Shown here piece after piece: positions 42,060 through 53,867 of a stretch of 64,000 nucleotides of DNA; positions within the stretch are counted from its first letter, which is position 1, and each line of letters starts with the position of its first letter. This DNA is from Octopus sinensis (taxonomy: Eukaryota), in the NCBI RefSeq assembly GCF_006345805.1, contig NC_043015.1:9920001-9984000 (forward strand), read 5' to 3'. The notes under the pieces were generated by a model, which was not told where the DNA came from, made no database searches, and saw only the letters and a program-made list of their open reading frames with translations. A program made the position numbers and the translations under genes.

Positions 42060-42240
42060 AAAATCAAGGGAGAGACTAAGTCGATCACATCGATCCCAGT
42101 GCTTTAAGTGGTACTTAATTTATCGACCCTGAAAATATGAAAGACAAAGTCGACCTTGGCGGTATTTAAACTCAGAACGTAGGGACTGACGAAATACCAC
42201 GTTTCGTCCAGCGTGCCAACGATTCTGTTAACTCGCCACT

Positions 42241-42242
<2 letters not shown>
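42060..42242 (-). mobile_element. SINE family C
   Basis: Antisense core AAGTCGAT..CATCGATCCCAGTG..GGTACTTAATTTATCGACCC..AAAGTCGACC and head ..AACGATTCTG..ACTCGCC. Confidence 0.75.
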
Positions 42243-42269
<27 letters not shown>

Positions 42270-42272
<3 letters not shown>

Positions 42273-42867
42273 TTTAATAATAATGATGATGATGATGATG
42301 ATGATAATGACAATCTTTGTACTATAGGTGAAAGGCCTGAAATTTCGGTGGAGGAGGAAGTTGATCCTATATCGACCTCAGTTCTTGACTGTTACCTATT
42401 TTATCGACCCTGAAAGGCAAAGTCAACCTCGCTGTAATTTGAACTCAGAACTTAAAGACGGACGAAATAGCGCTGTATTGCCCGAGTGCTAACGATTCTG
42501 CGAGCTTACTATCTTAATCTATATAATATCCTTCTTCGTGCGCCCGTTATACTTTAGTTAGTTACAGAGGTGGCGGTGGAGTGAGTGACAAGTGAAGAGA
42601 AAGTGAGAGAAGGAGGAAGAGAAGGAGACAGCGAGGAAGGAGTGAAGAAAGAAAAGACGAAGTAGAGAAAGGTGATTAATATTAATGCACTTAAAACCAA
42701 ATGTGTCACATGGTCAGCTGAAGGTAGAGGCGAAGAATAAAAGAAAAAGACAAGAGAAAAAGGAAGATAGAAGTGTTATCGACGTTCAATGGGGTGGGGG
42801 AAGGAATACTTATTACGTGGTTAAAAAGATAGCTAAATGGAAAGATTTTCCATGAGTCTCACTGATA

Positions 42868-42898
<31 letters not shown>

Positions 42899-43514
42899 AA
42901 TAATAATATAATAATAATAATAATTTTAATAATAATGATGATGATGATGATGATAATGACAATCTTTGTACTATAGGTGAAAGGCCTGAATTTCGGTGGA
43001 GGAGGAAGTTGATCCTATATCGACCTCAGTTCTTGACTGTTACCTATTTTATCGACCCTGAAAGGCAAAGTCAACCTCGCTGTAATTTGAACTCAGAACT
43101 TAAAGACGGACGAAATAGCGCTGTATTGCCCGAGTGCTAACGATTCTGCGAGCTTACTATCTTAATCTATATAATATCCTTCTTCGTGCGCCCGTTATAC
43201 TTTAGTTAGTTACAGAGGTGGCGGTGGAGTGAGTGACAGTGAAGAGAAAGTGAGAGAAGGAGGAAGAGAAGGAGACAGCGAGGAAGGAGTGAAGAAAGAA
43301 AAGACGAAGTAGAGAAAGGTGATTAATATTAATGCACTTAAAACCAAATGTGTCACATGGTCAGCTGAAGGTAGAGGCGAAGAATAAAAGAAAAAGACAA
43401 GAGAAAAAGGAAGATAGAAGTGTTATCGACGTTCAATGGGGTGGGGGAAGGAATACTTATTACGTGGTTAAAAAGATAGCTAAATGGAAAGATTTTCCAT
43501 GAGTCTCACTGATA

Positions 43515-43590
<76 letters not shown>
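42270..43590. repeat. Tandem duplication, period 649 bp, each unit with an antisense family C SINE and a purine-rich segment
   Basis: CAATCTTTGTACTATAGG at 42311 and 42960; the units match apart from two 1-nt indels seen by eye. Confidence 0.92.
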
Positions 43591-43593
<3 letters not shown>

Positions 43594-43826
43594 GCAGCTC
43601 ATGTGCTGAGAATTAACTGGAACGGCTCATGTACTGAGAAGAGCATAATCGCTGTGAAAACAACATCCATCCATGAATTTATATATTTATTAATTTTTAA
43701 ATACATATTTTATCTGTGAATTTGCGTGTGTAATCTGGGAATGCATACAATGAGCTTCTCTGCCCTAGGTGTATGGAAAACACTCGGCGAGAAACGGAAG
43801 AAAATTTGAAGAAAGAAGGAAAAAAC

Positions 43827-43875
<49 letters not shown>

Positions 43876-43880
43876 TAATA

Positions 43881-44205
43881 GCTACCTAACTCAGATACCA
43901 GGAAACCCAAAAATGGCAGAAATTCAAAAGATAGTGCTCATGGCAACTGCTCATATCTTACGCAAAATACTTTCTATGTAATCATAAGGTTTAAAACAAA
44001 CATAATTTTCGGTTTAAAGAAAAAAAAAACTTTTTTATTTTTAGACATTCATTAGTACAACACCAAAATCTCCCCCCCCACCAAAAAAAAATATATGCCA
44101 CACTAGGCATCACAACAACATGAACTTCCAACCTGTTGTCTCTTAAGGTCTCTGGGTGAGACTTGGAGCCAACTTGTACAAATATAAAGCAAAAGTCAAA
44201 CATAG
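43881..44205 (+). mobile_element. R4/Dong-like (RLE) retrotransposon 3' end, within (AAT)n
   Basis: End of ORF 43769-43981: YLTQIPGNPKMAEIQKIVLMATAHILRKILSM*. Its 3' UTR matches 61105-61195 and runs into (AAT)n. Confidence 0.8.
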
Positions 44206-44240
44206 AATAATAATAATGATAATGATAATGATAACAATAA

Positions 44241-45430
44241 TCCTTTCTTTATTGGCCACCAGGGTCGAACACAAACGTAGAGGATGATACACAGACGAGG
44301 TATAGTGAGGTTAAACATGTAAACAGTCAGCAAATACACGAAAAAAGAAAGAGATTACATCAACGCCATGTTTCCCCAATAAGGGGGAATTTCAATGTAA
44401 AGTAACCAAAGAGACCTCATGTACCTTCAGCCCCTTAGGACTGACGGCTCCTCGAGAAGGCAGCCTTTCTTCTTTCTTTCTGCCTACAGGTGTACACTTA
44501 GAGTAGGCCCGTTCACGCGGGTCATTCTTTCCACATGTACCCACCTTTCAGCGAACTTATTGGGTGACAGTGCCCCCTTCTCCAGCCTCACTTTCCTTTT
44601 CAGGTGGCAACAGAAATAAAATAAAGCCTTGGCGACAGAGGAAGGCACCCGTCTTCAACGCTTTCAATTGCGTCCACCACACAACTTCTCTTACCATAGC
44701 CACCAGGCAGAGAAAAATTGCTCTTTCTTCCCTGCCGAAGGAAGGAGGTGCGGCGATACTCCAAATGGAGTCGGAAGATAGCCGCATCCGTCCTACACGT
44801 TCCAATAACTGTTCGACAAAACTCCACAAGTAAGCAACGCACGGGTATTGTATGAGAGTATGCAGAACGGCTTCATCACTCCCTGTGATTCTAGTACAAG
44901 CCCGACTGACTGCACACCAGTGCCTGTAGAGCTTATCTCCAGCCAGCAGCACCCCTCGGAAGCACTACTAGGCCAAGACTTTCTAGAAGTTATCTGTAGT
45001 CCCAGACTAGAAAGTCTTCCGGAAGAGACTACCCAGTTGATCAACTTCGACGCTAAGGACCTCCCCGAGTAAGTCGCCGCTCTTGCCCTCCATCAATCCC
45101 CTATAGAATTCCAGGTACCGTAATTCATATTACTCTTCTTCCCATGTACGTTGGGAAAGGGGCCGATTTCCTCGGTGTGACGAGTGGTCACCGAGCTCTG
45201 TATCGCCTGCCCCTCAGTCTTAAAAAGTACCTCTACTCCGCTGTAAACCCTCACTCTCGCAATGTGGTAGATATTTTGCCAATGTGGTGGATATCTTTCA
45301 AGACATTTCCGCCCGGTCGTGTTTAGCATTTTCGAGTTACCTTGTCTTAGTGTTCACGCACCTGTAGACAACTCTCCGTTTGGCTGTTATTCCAAGCACA
45401 TCGCTTGGATGCGTCAATTCGGCCATTCTT
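44241..45430 (-). mobile_element. L1/Tx1-clade ORF2 3' fragment
   Basis: ORF 44557-44952: C..SDEAVLHTLIQYPCVAYLW.FVEQLL...IFLCLVAMV.EVVW, a decayed zf-RVT-type C-terminus. AATAAA lies just before the 3' end. Confidence 0.7.
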
Positions 45431-45948
45431 CCATCCATTTTCATATATTTTTCTGCCTAGTTTAGCTTTTCTAATTTATTCTCTAATGAGTTCTTAACCA
45501 ATTCATTTGCTGCCGTGATATTTGCAAAACCCTCTTTCCCGCCGCTAACTCTTCACAAGAGCAGTTGCTTTCAGTTTTGTTCTTCATGCTACAACAATTT
45601 CAATGCAGTGAAGAAGAATTTAATCCTTCCTTCCTCGCGCATTCTTTCTTTATTGCGTTCTTTCTGCATTGCGGAGATGGGGATGTCTTCGTGCTAATTA
45701 CTGTATCACATTCCTTTCTCTTTCCTGCTTTTCACCGCTATCCTCAATGTTTATTTTCTTCGAAACAAATTTTAAAAGAGATTTGAAATCAAAATGGTTT
45801 GTATCACCTCGAAAATGGGGCTTTGGTTAATAAACGTCAGCCCTGCAGAAGGGCAGCTGGCTTGAAAATCGATTTAAGTAGCAAAACACAATGCAGGAGT
45901 CAGTCAAAAATTTGCAGCGATCCAGAAGCACAAATTAAGCTATCAATA

Positions 45949-46008
<60 letters not shown>

Positions 46009-46029
46009 TAATCATGATAATCATGATAA

Positions 46030-46400
46030 AACCTCGGAGGGTTATGGAGCAGATAGAAGAAACTACCAATAAGTATTTGGGGAAAATGGAAATGGATAAA
46101 TTGACGGGAAATGAAATGACAGAAATATTAGGGTGCAGACTGAGATGGATACTTAAGTCGGAATTAAACGGGCAGAATAAAATTGACGATATCAACACCT
46201 GGGCGGTTTCAATCTATAGATATGGAGCAGGAGTAATCTTATGGAAAGTAGACGTACTAAACAGGTTATACCCAAAGACAAGGAAGCTGCTAACTAGATA
46301 TGGGAAACTCCACCCAAAATGTGACACAGTCTGTATGTATAAAAAAAGAGAGGGAAGAGGACTGGATGCGAACACAGCATTTGAGCAGAAGAAAACGACA
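46030..46400 (+). mobile_element. R4/Dong-like RT thumb-region fragment, following (AAT)n
   Basis: ORF 46005-46430: KYLG...LKSELNGQNKIDDINTWAV..RYGAGVI.W...KTRKLLT...LHPK.D....KREGRGL. Confidence 0.8.
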
Positions 46401-46425
46401 TACCATGGGGTTAGTATCCCGTGTT

Positions 46426-46778
46426 CTTAACCACTTCGCCCATGGGCATATGGCGTAGTGGTTAAGAGTGTGGGCTACTAACACCAATATTCCGAGTTCG
46501 ATTCCAGACATGACCTGCATAATAATAATAATATAATAATAATAATAATAATGATAATAATAATAATAATAATAATAATATTAACAACAACATCAACAGC
46601 AACATCGAAAAATACCTTACGAATGAGAACCCAGGTTCGAAATTTCCCCAAGAAACCTGATGAAGGCTGGAGGGTATATCAGCCGAAAAGTTTTGTTAAT
46701 AACAAACAAGATCAGGACAAATAGTCATCAATTGTAAATAATGTACATAATTCCTCATCTCTTTAATATAGAACTGTA
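46426..46778 (+). mobile_element. tRNA-headed element (family D) with (AAT)n spacer and hammerhead-like tail
   Basis: A-box TGGCGTAGTGG 46451-46461, B-box GAGTTCGATTCC 46494-46505, (AAT)n 46520-46580, hammerhead core 46657-46692. Whether head and tail form one unit cannot be shown from one copy. Confidence 0.6.
46652..46697 (+). ncRNA. Minimal type I hammerhead-ribozyme-like motif (probably mutated)
   Basis: CTGATGA-A-GGCTG-GAGGGTATAT-CAGCC-GAAA-A-GTT. Perfect core and 5-bp stem II; stem III and stem I are imperfect. Confidence 0.6.
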
Positions 46779-46789
46779 TTTTACCCAGG

Positions 46790-46932
46790 GTTATCACCGA
46801 AGATTTGGGTATGAGACGCGTGTCTGCAAAGTTTGTGCCCAAACCGTTTTCAGCAGACCAAAAGAACTCTCGAGTTTCAGTTGCCCAAGATCTCCTTGAT
46901 TGTGTCTAGAAAGATCAAAACTTTTTGAAATA
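46790..46932 (+). mobile_element. mariner transposase fragment
   Basis: Manual translation VITEDLGMRRVSAKFVPKPFSADQKNSRVSVAQDLLDCV*KDQNFL, the linker region preceding the DD34D domain (WVPHEL-equivalent FVPK). Confidence 0.85.
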
Positions 46933-47062
46933 TCTGCGAGGCCACTGAGAAGCTATCTCCAAGCTTTTGGTAATATTTGATGCAAATTCTCTTCTAAACT
47001 TCCTCTGTCATTTTCAATGTCTCGACAACACGCTACGCACTTTCATCGGAATCACCACTGTA

Positions 47063-47455
47063 TAATAATAATAGAAGCACTCCGTCGGTTACGACGACGA
47101 GGATTCCGGTTGATCCGATCAACAGAACAGCCTGCTCGTGAAATTAAAGTGTAAGTGGCTGAGCACTCCACAGACACGTGTACCCTTAACGTAGTTCTCG
47201 GGGATTTTCAGCGTGACACAGAGAGTGACAAGGCCGGCCCTTTGAAATACAGGTACAATAGAAACAGAAAGTAAGAGTGAGAGAAAGTTGTGGTGAAAGA
47301 GTACAGCAGGGATCACAACCATCCCTGCCGGAGCCTCGTGGAGCCTTAGGTGTTTTCGCTCAATAAACACTCACAACGCCCGGTCTGGGAATCGAAAGCG
47401 CGATCCTACGACCGCGAGTCCGCTGCCCTAACCACTGGGCCATTGCGCCTCCATA
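47063..47455 (-). mobile_element. SINE family B, full length, 10-bp TSD
   Basis: CACCACTGTA at 47053-47062 and 47456-47465; same tail as 4267-4648. Confidence 0.92.
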
Positions 47456-47629
47456 CACCACTGTACACAGCAGAAGGGGTCTAGAACGTTAAAACTTAGT
47501 GCGCTTGCTCAGCAGAGTTCAAGGTAAATTTGCGGCAAATGGCTTTACTCTTCGTGCTTGAGCCTTGTTACTATGGCAACAGTCCGGATATTTATTGATC
47601 GCACCACGTATATATATATGCGTCATGAT

Positions 47630-47813
47630 AGATCGCTTGCCACTTCACATTCTTTATTTTCTCTCATTGTTTCTTTCTGTGTTCCTCTCTGTGGAAGAGC
47701 GTAGGCTCGATACGTTAAATAATTGTTCACTTCCCGAGCGTTAAACTAATACATCTGTTTGGTGTCTATACCACATCTCCCCGTCTATTGTTTTTTTTTT
47801 TGTTAATTATCCC

Positions 47814-47906
<93 letters not shown>

Positions 47907-48130
47907 CTTATATATATAACGGGAAGTTTTATGAAAATAAACAAAAGACGAAGGCAGGTGGAAAACAAACGAACAATTGTATTAGTATGGCGCTCAGGAA
48001 ATATAAATAAAACAAGTCTTTAACGTTTCGAGCCTACGCTCTTCAACAGAAAGATACACAGAGAGAGAAAAACACAGAAAGAAGGAGAGAAAAAAAATGC
48101 GTGCAGTAGCTAACGAATCAACATGGCGAT
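47630..48130. mobile_element. Two PLE-type termini tail-to-tail around (TA)n, each with a hammerhead-like motif
   Basis: Plus strand 47689-47716: CTGTGGA-A-GAGC GTAG GCTC-GATAC-GTT. Minus strand 48018-48053: CTTT-CTGTTGA-A-GAGC GTAG GCTC-GAAAC-GTT-AAAG. Downstream GAGCG..ACTAATACA..TGTT is shared. Confidence 0.6.
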
Positions 48131-48234
48131 CTGATTTCGGCCAGAGGTCAAAGATCAAACATGAGACGCGAGAGCGAAATAAGGGGAGATAATAGGGTTG
48201 ATAAATGGGTTGAGGGACCAGCTAAAAGTGCGTG

Positions 48235-48560
48235 GGAGGGGTCTGGATGTGTGTATGTATAGGGTTGGTGTATGTATTAGTATGTATAAGGGTGTGTGTG
48301 TGTGTGTGTGTGTGTGTATGAGAGAGTATTAGTGCGTAAGATTGGTCTGGACGTGCGTATGTATGGGGTTGGTGTATGTATTAGTATGTATTAGTATGTA
48401 TTAGTACGTATTGGTATGTATAGGTGTGTGTGTGTGTGTGTGAGAGAGTATAAGTGCGTATGCGGGGTCTGGACGTGTGTATATATAGGGTTGGTGTAAG
48501 TATTAGTATGTACTAGTATGTATTAGTACGTATTAGTATGTATTAGTTGGTGTGTGTATT
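48235..48560. repeat. Degenerate minisatellite (~110-bp unit, GGTCTGGA.GTG.GTAT..GGGTTGGTGTATGTATTAGTATG)
   Basis: Three copies starting near 48240, 48344 and 48466. Confidence 0.75.
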
Positions 48561-49518
48561 ATATATATATATATATATATATATGAATGTTTAGTCGTGG
48601 TACGGTGATTTTGATTATCCTGTTGTTTAAAGTGTGTTCTAACTCTCGTTGATTTTTGCGCTTTCAGTGGTAACTGTGATTGTGTGAGTGTTAGTTGAAT
48701 ATGTTATTTAGAATTGTTTATAACAGTTCTTTGTATTTTTTCAACAATGGATATTTTCAAGTTTATCCTGTTTTCGTTTTTTTGCTTTGAATTGTTCAGG
48801 GCACATTGAATCATTTAGTTCATCACGACCAGTTACTGTGACTTTAAAGCACTGTAACTCTACTGTACGCATGCGATGATGTTTCTGATGGTTTCTCTTT
48901 TATAATTATGTTTTTCTTTTAATCTATACTGTTATGTTGTCGAGTTTGAGTAACAATAAATGTGCATCTTTCTCTAAATTCATTTATCAGTTCAATCTTT
49001 AATACTATAAGCACTGGAACATTATACGTTATGGACCGATGCTTCATATATTCTTTGTTCCCAATCTAATAAAACAGTATTGATAAAACGATAAAAAATA
49101 GAATAAATCACAAGCGGTTAAATCTATATTCTATTAACTCAGTTTTTCTTTAACTGCGACATTTCCGACCTTCAAAATTCATGTGACATTCTATAGCTTA
49201 TTTAGTTTACATTTACAAAATTCCTAATGCTTGAAAGCCTGAACACAATGTGTACTGGTTAATAACATATTTAGCGACAATCCATTGTCAAACAATTTTA
49301 ACTTAGAAGAGATGATTTAAAAGTAACGTAATTCATTATATCTCTGCAAAGGAAAGTTCGTTCGAAGATATAACTTGTCTTGAAATGTCACTGACCACTT
49401 TTGGCATCTGAACTGAATCAACTTTTATTTTACCCGAGAGGAACTATTGAACCAAATTGAAGCTAAACGATGTTTCATATAATCTCCTTTGAAATATAAA
49501 ATAAATAAATAAATATAA

Positions 49519-49687
49519 TTAACCCTTTTTACTGTTCAGCGATTACCGGGATGAAACGAATGGAAAACGAATGGAAAAGAATGATATTAAAAAACAGTAA
49601 TACGAAATACCGCAAGCAAAAATAAGACTAAATTTTAATCGAAGATTTATATAACTTCCTTAGAATATTTTGGTGCATAAGGGTTAA
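49519..49687. mobile_element. Short piggyBac-type MITE remnant
   Basis: TTAA|CCCTT ... AAGGG|TTAA; only 5 bp of TIR. Confidence 0.45.
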
Positions 49688-50536
49688 TCACCGCCTCCCA
49701 TACATTCAGCATGTTTCTGCAGATGTATTCAACGTACATGTACGTCCGCAGTTCACCTTTATATTTATGTCCTTTTTATGTATTGATTAATTGTGCACTT
49801 CATCAACTTTGTTCTCCGATTTAGCTACTGTAAAGAAGATAACAGTTTCCCTATTTATTTCTACTCTATGGGTGCCTACAGTGATTTATTCTCGCAGAAA
49901 ATGAAGAAGTCTATTTTGCATCTATTATTGACAGCAACTTCCATCCATTTCGGAATTCTTTTAGTTTTTATCAAGCTAGACATGCCAAGAAACCAAACAC
50001 TACAGGCAATTCTAACATTTGCTGTTTGCAACAATTAGATAACAAAGGCATTGGAGTGGTAACAAAGTAGTTTGCCTAAACAGAAATTCACTAAATACCA
50101 CTACTACAAAGTTTATGGATAAATAATTATTTATAGATGAAACACGCTTTACTTATATTCTACTATATATTGTCTGGCAGTCAAACTTTTATCATTGCGT
50201 AAAAGACTTGTATGAGTTGGCACACACTTGTTTACATTTTGACAAATAGGCTTACACTACTTTCACTCAGAATGTCAGGAAGTACACGTAAGCGGATCCT
50301 GAGAAATTATTCAGTAGCAACGAAATCCATCAATTTGATTCCACCGAAAACATTTCATACCATCTATTTTCGGAGCGCTTCATCAAAAGCAAAGCACAAC
50401 ATAGATTTATCCATAACATAATGTCTATCTATTTAGCTTGATTTCATAACACCCGGTGTTTAAAAATTCACATCAGTTTCCAAGAACATTTCAAACTTCT
50501 GTACGAAATAAAATAAATAAATAGCTATAATATAAT

Positions 50537-50885
50537 AGGCGCAGGAGTGGCTGTGTGGTAAGTAGCTTGCTAACCAACCACATGGTTCCGGGTTCAGTCC
50601 CACTGCGTGGATTTGGTAGACGGAAACTGAAAGAAGCCTGTCGTATATATGTGTATATATATATATATGTGTGTGTATGTGTCTGTGTTTGTCCCCCTAG
50701 CATTGCTTGACAGCCGATGCTGGTGTGTTTACGTCACCGTCACTTAGTGGTTCGGCAAAAGAATCGATAGAATAAGTACTGGGCTTACAAAGAATAAGTC
50801 CCGGGGTCGATTTGCTCGACTAAAGGCGGTGCTCCAGCATGGCCGCAGTCAAATGACTGAAACAAGTAAAAGAGTAAAAGAGTAA
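50537..50885 (+). mobile_element. SINE family A with internal deletion
   Basis: Head intact; CCCACTGCGTGG joined to ATTTGGTAGACGG; tail intact. Confidence 0.92.
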
Positions 50886-50911
50886 ATATACTTATTATCA
50901 GTCACATCAAC

Positions 50912-50998
50912 TAGGGTGAGGAAAAAGTTCGTTCGTCGTGTTTAGCATTATTTTAAAATATTGCTTTACACGGCACACGAAATTTTTGCTCAACCTAA
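50912..50998. mobile_element. MADE1-like mariner MITE (~87 bp)
   Basis: Right end TTTTTGCTCAACCTAA|TA (mariner-type TTAGGTTG..CAAAA). Left end TAGGGTGAGGAAAAAGTTCGT.CGTCGTGT is its diverged inverse. Confidence 0.6.
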
Positions 50999-51784
50999 TA
51001 ATTGTAATATTGACAAAGAAACCTGTACAGACTATTAAATACCCTACAATCGAAAAAATATCTGAAATGTTCGAGTCAACATTGCAACAAATTTAATGCG
51101 CAACCATACGATTAGGTGTTTTAAGTTCACACAGAAATTTAATCTATGCCTTGATTTCATCAAAAAAATCAATTAAATCCACGCGACAACTTCTTTCTGG
51201 TTTATTTAATTAATGTAACGATGTCTGCTATTGAATAACTTGGTAAAACAAAAGTATAATTTTGACAGAATACAAACTGTGTATTCTGCCACAGTGGTGA
51301 TTCCAACCCCTCTCTTGCTTCCATTGTCTGTCAGCATACAGCCGTCGAGGAGCTTTGGATAAAAATGTCTGAAGCTTGGAACGTAGGGATCAAGAATCAT
51401 TGTGGACAAGATGTGGGAAAACCTAATGTTATATCTCAATCTATTGAACCACTGAAACGTTTGTAGTGATATTCTGTGTTAAGAAATGTTTGTTCACAGC
51501 ACAGCTTATGATTCACATAACGATACCTCTTCTCGTAGACTGGTAACAACACTTCTATCTAGTTAAAAAAATCAATATTACATATAAAACAGTTTCGTAT
51601 ATATATATATATATATTATATATATATATATATATTATATATATATATGTATGTATGTATGTATATATATTCAAATACTCAGGATTATGGGTTCCATCTC
51701 CATGGGCGTTAAAATTGTTTGTGAAACATTATTTCCAATAGCAGTGTTGTAATCAAAATTTATCGTGCTCTCAATAGTAACATG

Positions 51785-53867
51785 ATTTTGATTTTGATTT
51801 TGATTTTGATTTTTCCAGTTTCAGCTTATGAGCTGTGGCCATGCTGGGGCACCGCCATTTGGTGTTGCTACTTGGTTTCACTTCATGAAGGCTTTCTAGC
51901 AGCTGCTATTTGGTGCATGAGAGAGTTCGATGCAGCTGCCCTCATCTGCCCCTCCTGCCGTGAAGTTGGTTCATCTGGGACACCTGACAGGAAGAGATCC
52001 AGCTTCATTTTAAAGACATCTGTATCCACCCCATGCAGGTCTCTCAGCTTCTTCGGGAGGATATTGAAGAGCTGTGGGCCTCGGAAGCCAGGCTATCACA
52101 GAATCTTGTCCTACATCTTGATGGCAAGTTTGGAGTCCTAGGCACCACGCAGTGGCGCCCAGTTCTGGCATTTGCGTAACTCTCGATGCCAAAGTTCAGG
52201 ACACTTCCCTCCAGGATCTTCCAGATGTATATTATGGCATATCTTTCCCGCCTACGCTCCAGGGAATATAATTTTAATTTCCTGAGTCTTTCCCAGTAGC
52301 TTACATTCTGCATAGAGGCTATCTTCTTCGTGTAGCTACGTTGGATCGCCTCGAGCTCTGTGATCAACTTGACACTGGATGGTGACCATAACTGAGAGCA
52401 GTAGTCAAAGTGGCTTAGGACAAGTGTCCTCCAGAGGACCATCATGGTTTCTTGTTCTCTTGTTCTAAAGGTTCTGAGGATCCATCCGGCCAGTCGTCTA
52501 CATTTCATTGCCAATTTAGCAACATGTACACGAAAGGTCGCGTCATCACTCATGTAAATACCTAGGTCACGCACTGATTGTGCCTCTGGGATTGCTATTC
52601 CTCCGGGTCCAGTGTATTCATTGGGTATTGCATTTAGTTTTGCATGCTGATAGTATAGAGCTTGAAACTTTTCAGCATTGAACTGCATGCTATTCTTTTC
52701 GGCCCACTTGTATATTTTGTCTAGCTCACATTGCAGGTGTTTAGTGTCCTCAGGGTTCTGTATTGCCTGTGAAACTTTTGTATCATCTGCATAACTTGTG
52801 ATCGTGGCTCTCTGCGTGGCTGAGGGCATGTCTGAGAGGGCCATTATGAACAGTAGTGGTCCCAGAACAGTGCCCTGCGGAACACCGCTCACTATTTGCG
52901 TGTTACTGGAAGTGGTCCCATTGGCCACTACCACCTGACTTCTATCTTTCAGAAAGTCATGAAGCCATTCTCCCAGTTTTCCAACTATGTTGAGATCACG
53001 CAGTTTGTGACATATCATTCCATGATCGACTTTATCAAAGGCCTTTGCAAAGTCGAGATATATCACTTCCACATTTGAGTGGTTGAGCAGCCGTTTCAGC
53101 ACCCAGTCATAGTGTTGTAGGAGCTGAGTTAAACAGCTTCTCCCTGGTCGGAAACCATGTTGGGTGTCGGGCAGCAAGTCATTTTCTTCAAGGAAGGTGA
53201 TCAGCTTCCTTCTGACTATCGTTCCATGACCTTGCTGATGTGTGAGGTCAGAGAGATAGGTCTATAGTTCTTGGCTTCCGCTCTGCTACCTCCTTTATGA
53301 ATGGGGCATATTTTACCTTCCTTCAGTTTTCTTGGAAGTTTGCCAGCTGCAAGGAAGCTCTGAAAGAGGAACTGCAGTGGTCTTGCTAGGACTCTCTTAC
53401 ATGCTTTTAGGAGGATTGCCGGGAATCCATCGGGGCCAGTAGCTTAGTCTGTTTTCATTTCATCTATAGCCTTGATTACATCGTCTTCCTTTATATCGAT
53501 GTAATCTATCGTCGCCGCCTCTGATTTTATATCTGCAGTGGTAAACAAGTCAGGTGGATTGGTGATTTGGAGATGCCCAGGGGGTGGAGTGAAAACACTC
53601 TTGAATTGCTCATTCAGTATTTCACTTACCCTCATTGGTTTTCCTGTAAGTGTGCCATCCTTTTCGAGGAGTGGCCCTATTGTACAGTGCACCGTAGCTG
53701 TTTCTTTGGCATACCTGTAGAAAGCTCTGGGGTTAGATTTTATGTTGTCTATAGCCCAGGCTTCTTTGTCTGCTCTTTCCTTTTCATGGGAGAGTTTCAG
53801 ACATTTTTCGATTTCCAACAGTTTTATTTTTAGGCGGGACTTTTCACTGTTAGGCGGGACTTTTCAC
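51785..53867 (-). mobile_element. CR1-clade LINE, 5'-truncated, RT largely intact
   Basis: ORF 52044-53177 (377 aa): QHGFRPGRSCLTQLL, YLDFAKAFDKVDH, SGVPQGTVLGPLLF, YADDTK, YSLERRRERY. ORF 53444-53818 lies upstream; there is an in-frame stop at ~53445 and frameshifts near 53200 and 52080. 3' tail (CAAAAT)n. Confidence 0.95.

Noticed and set aside
42516-42530. A|TCTATATAATA as a Helitron 5' end
   Set aside because: No matching hairpin-CTRR 3' end found downstream.
46444-46510. Possible tRNA genes at SINE heads
   Set aside because: A/B boxes are present but there is no complete cloverleaf or acceptor stem, and each continues into a repeat body.
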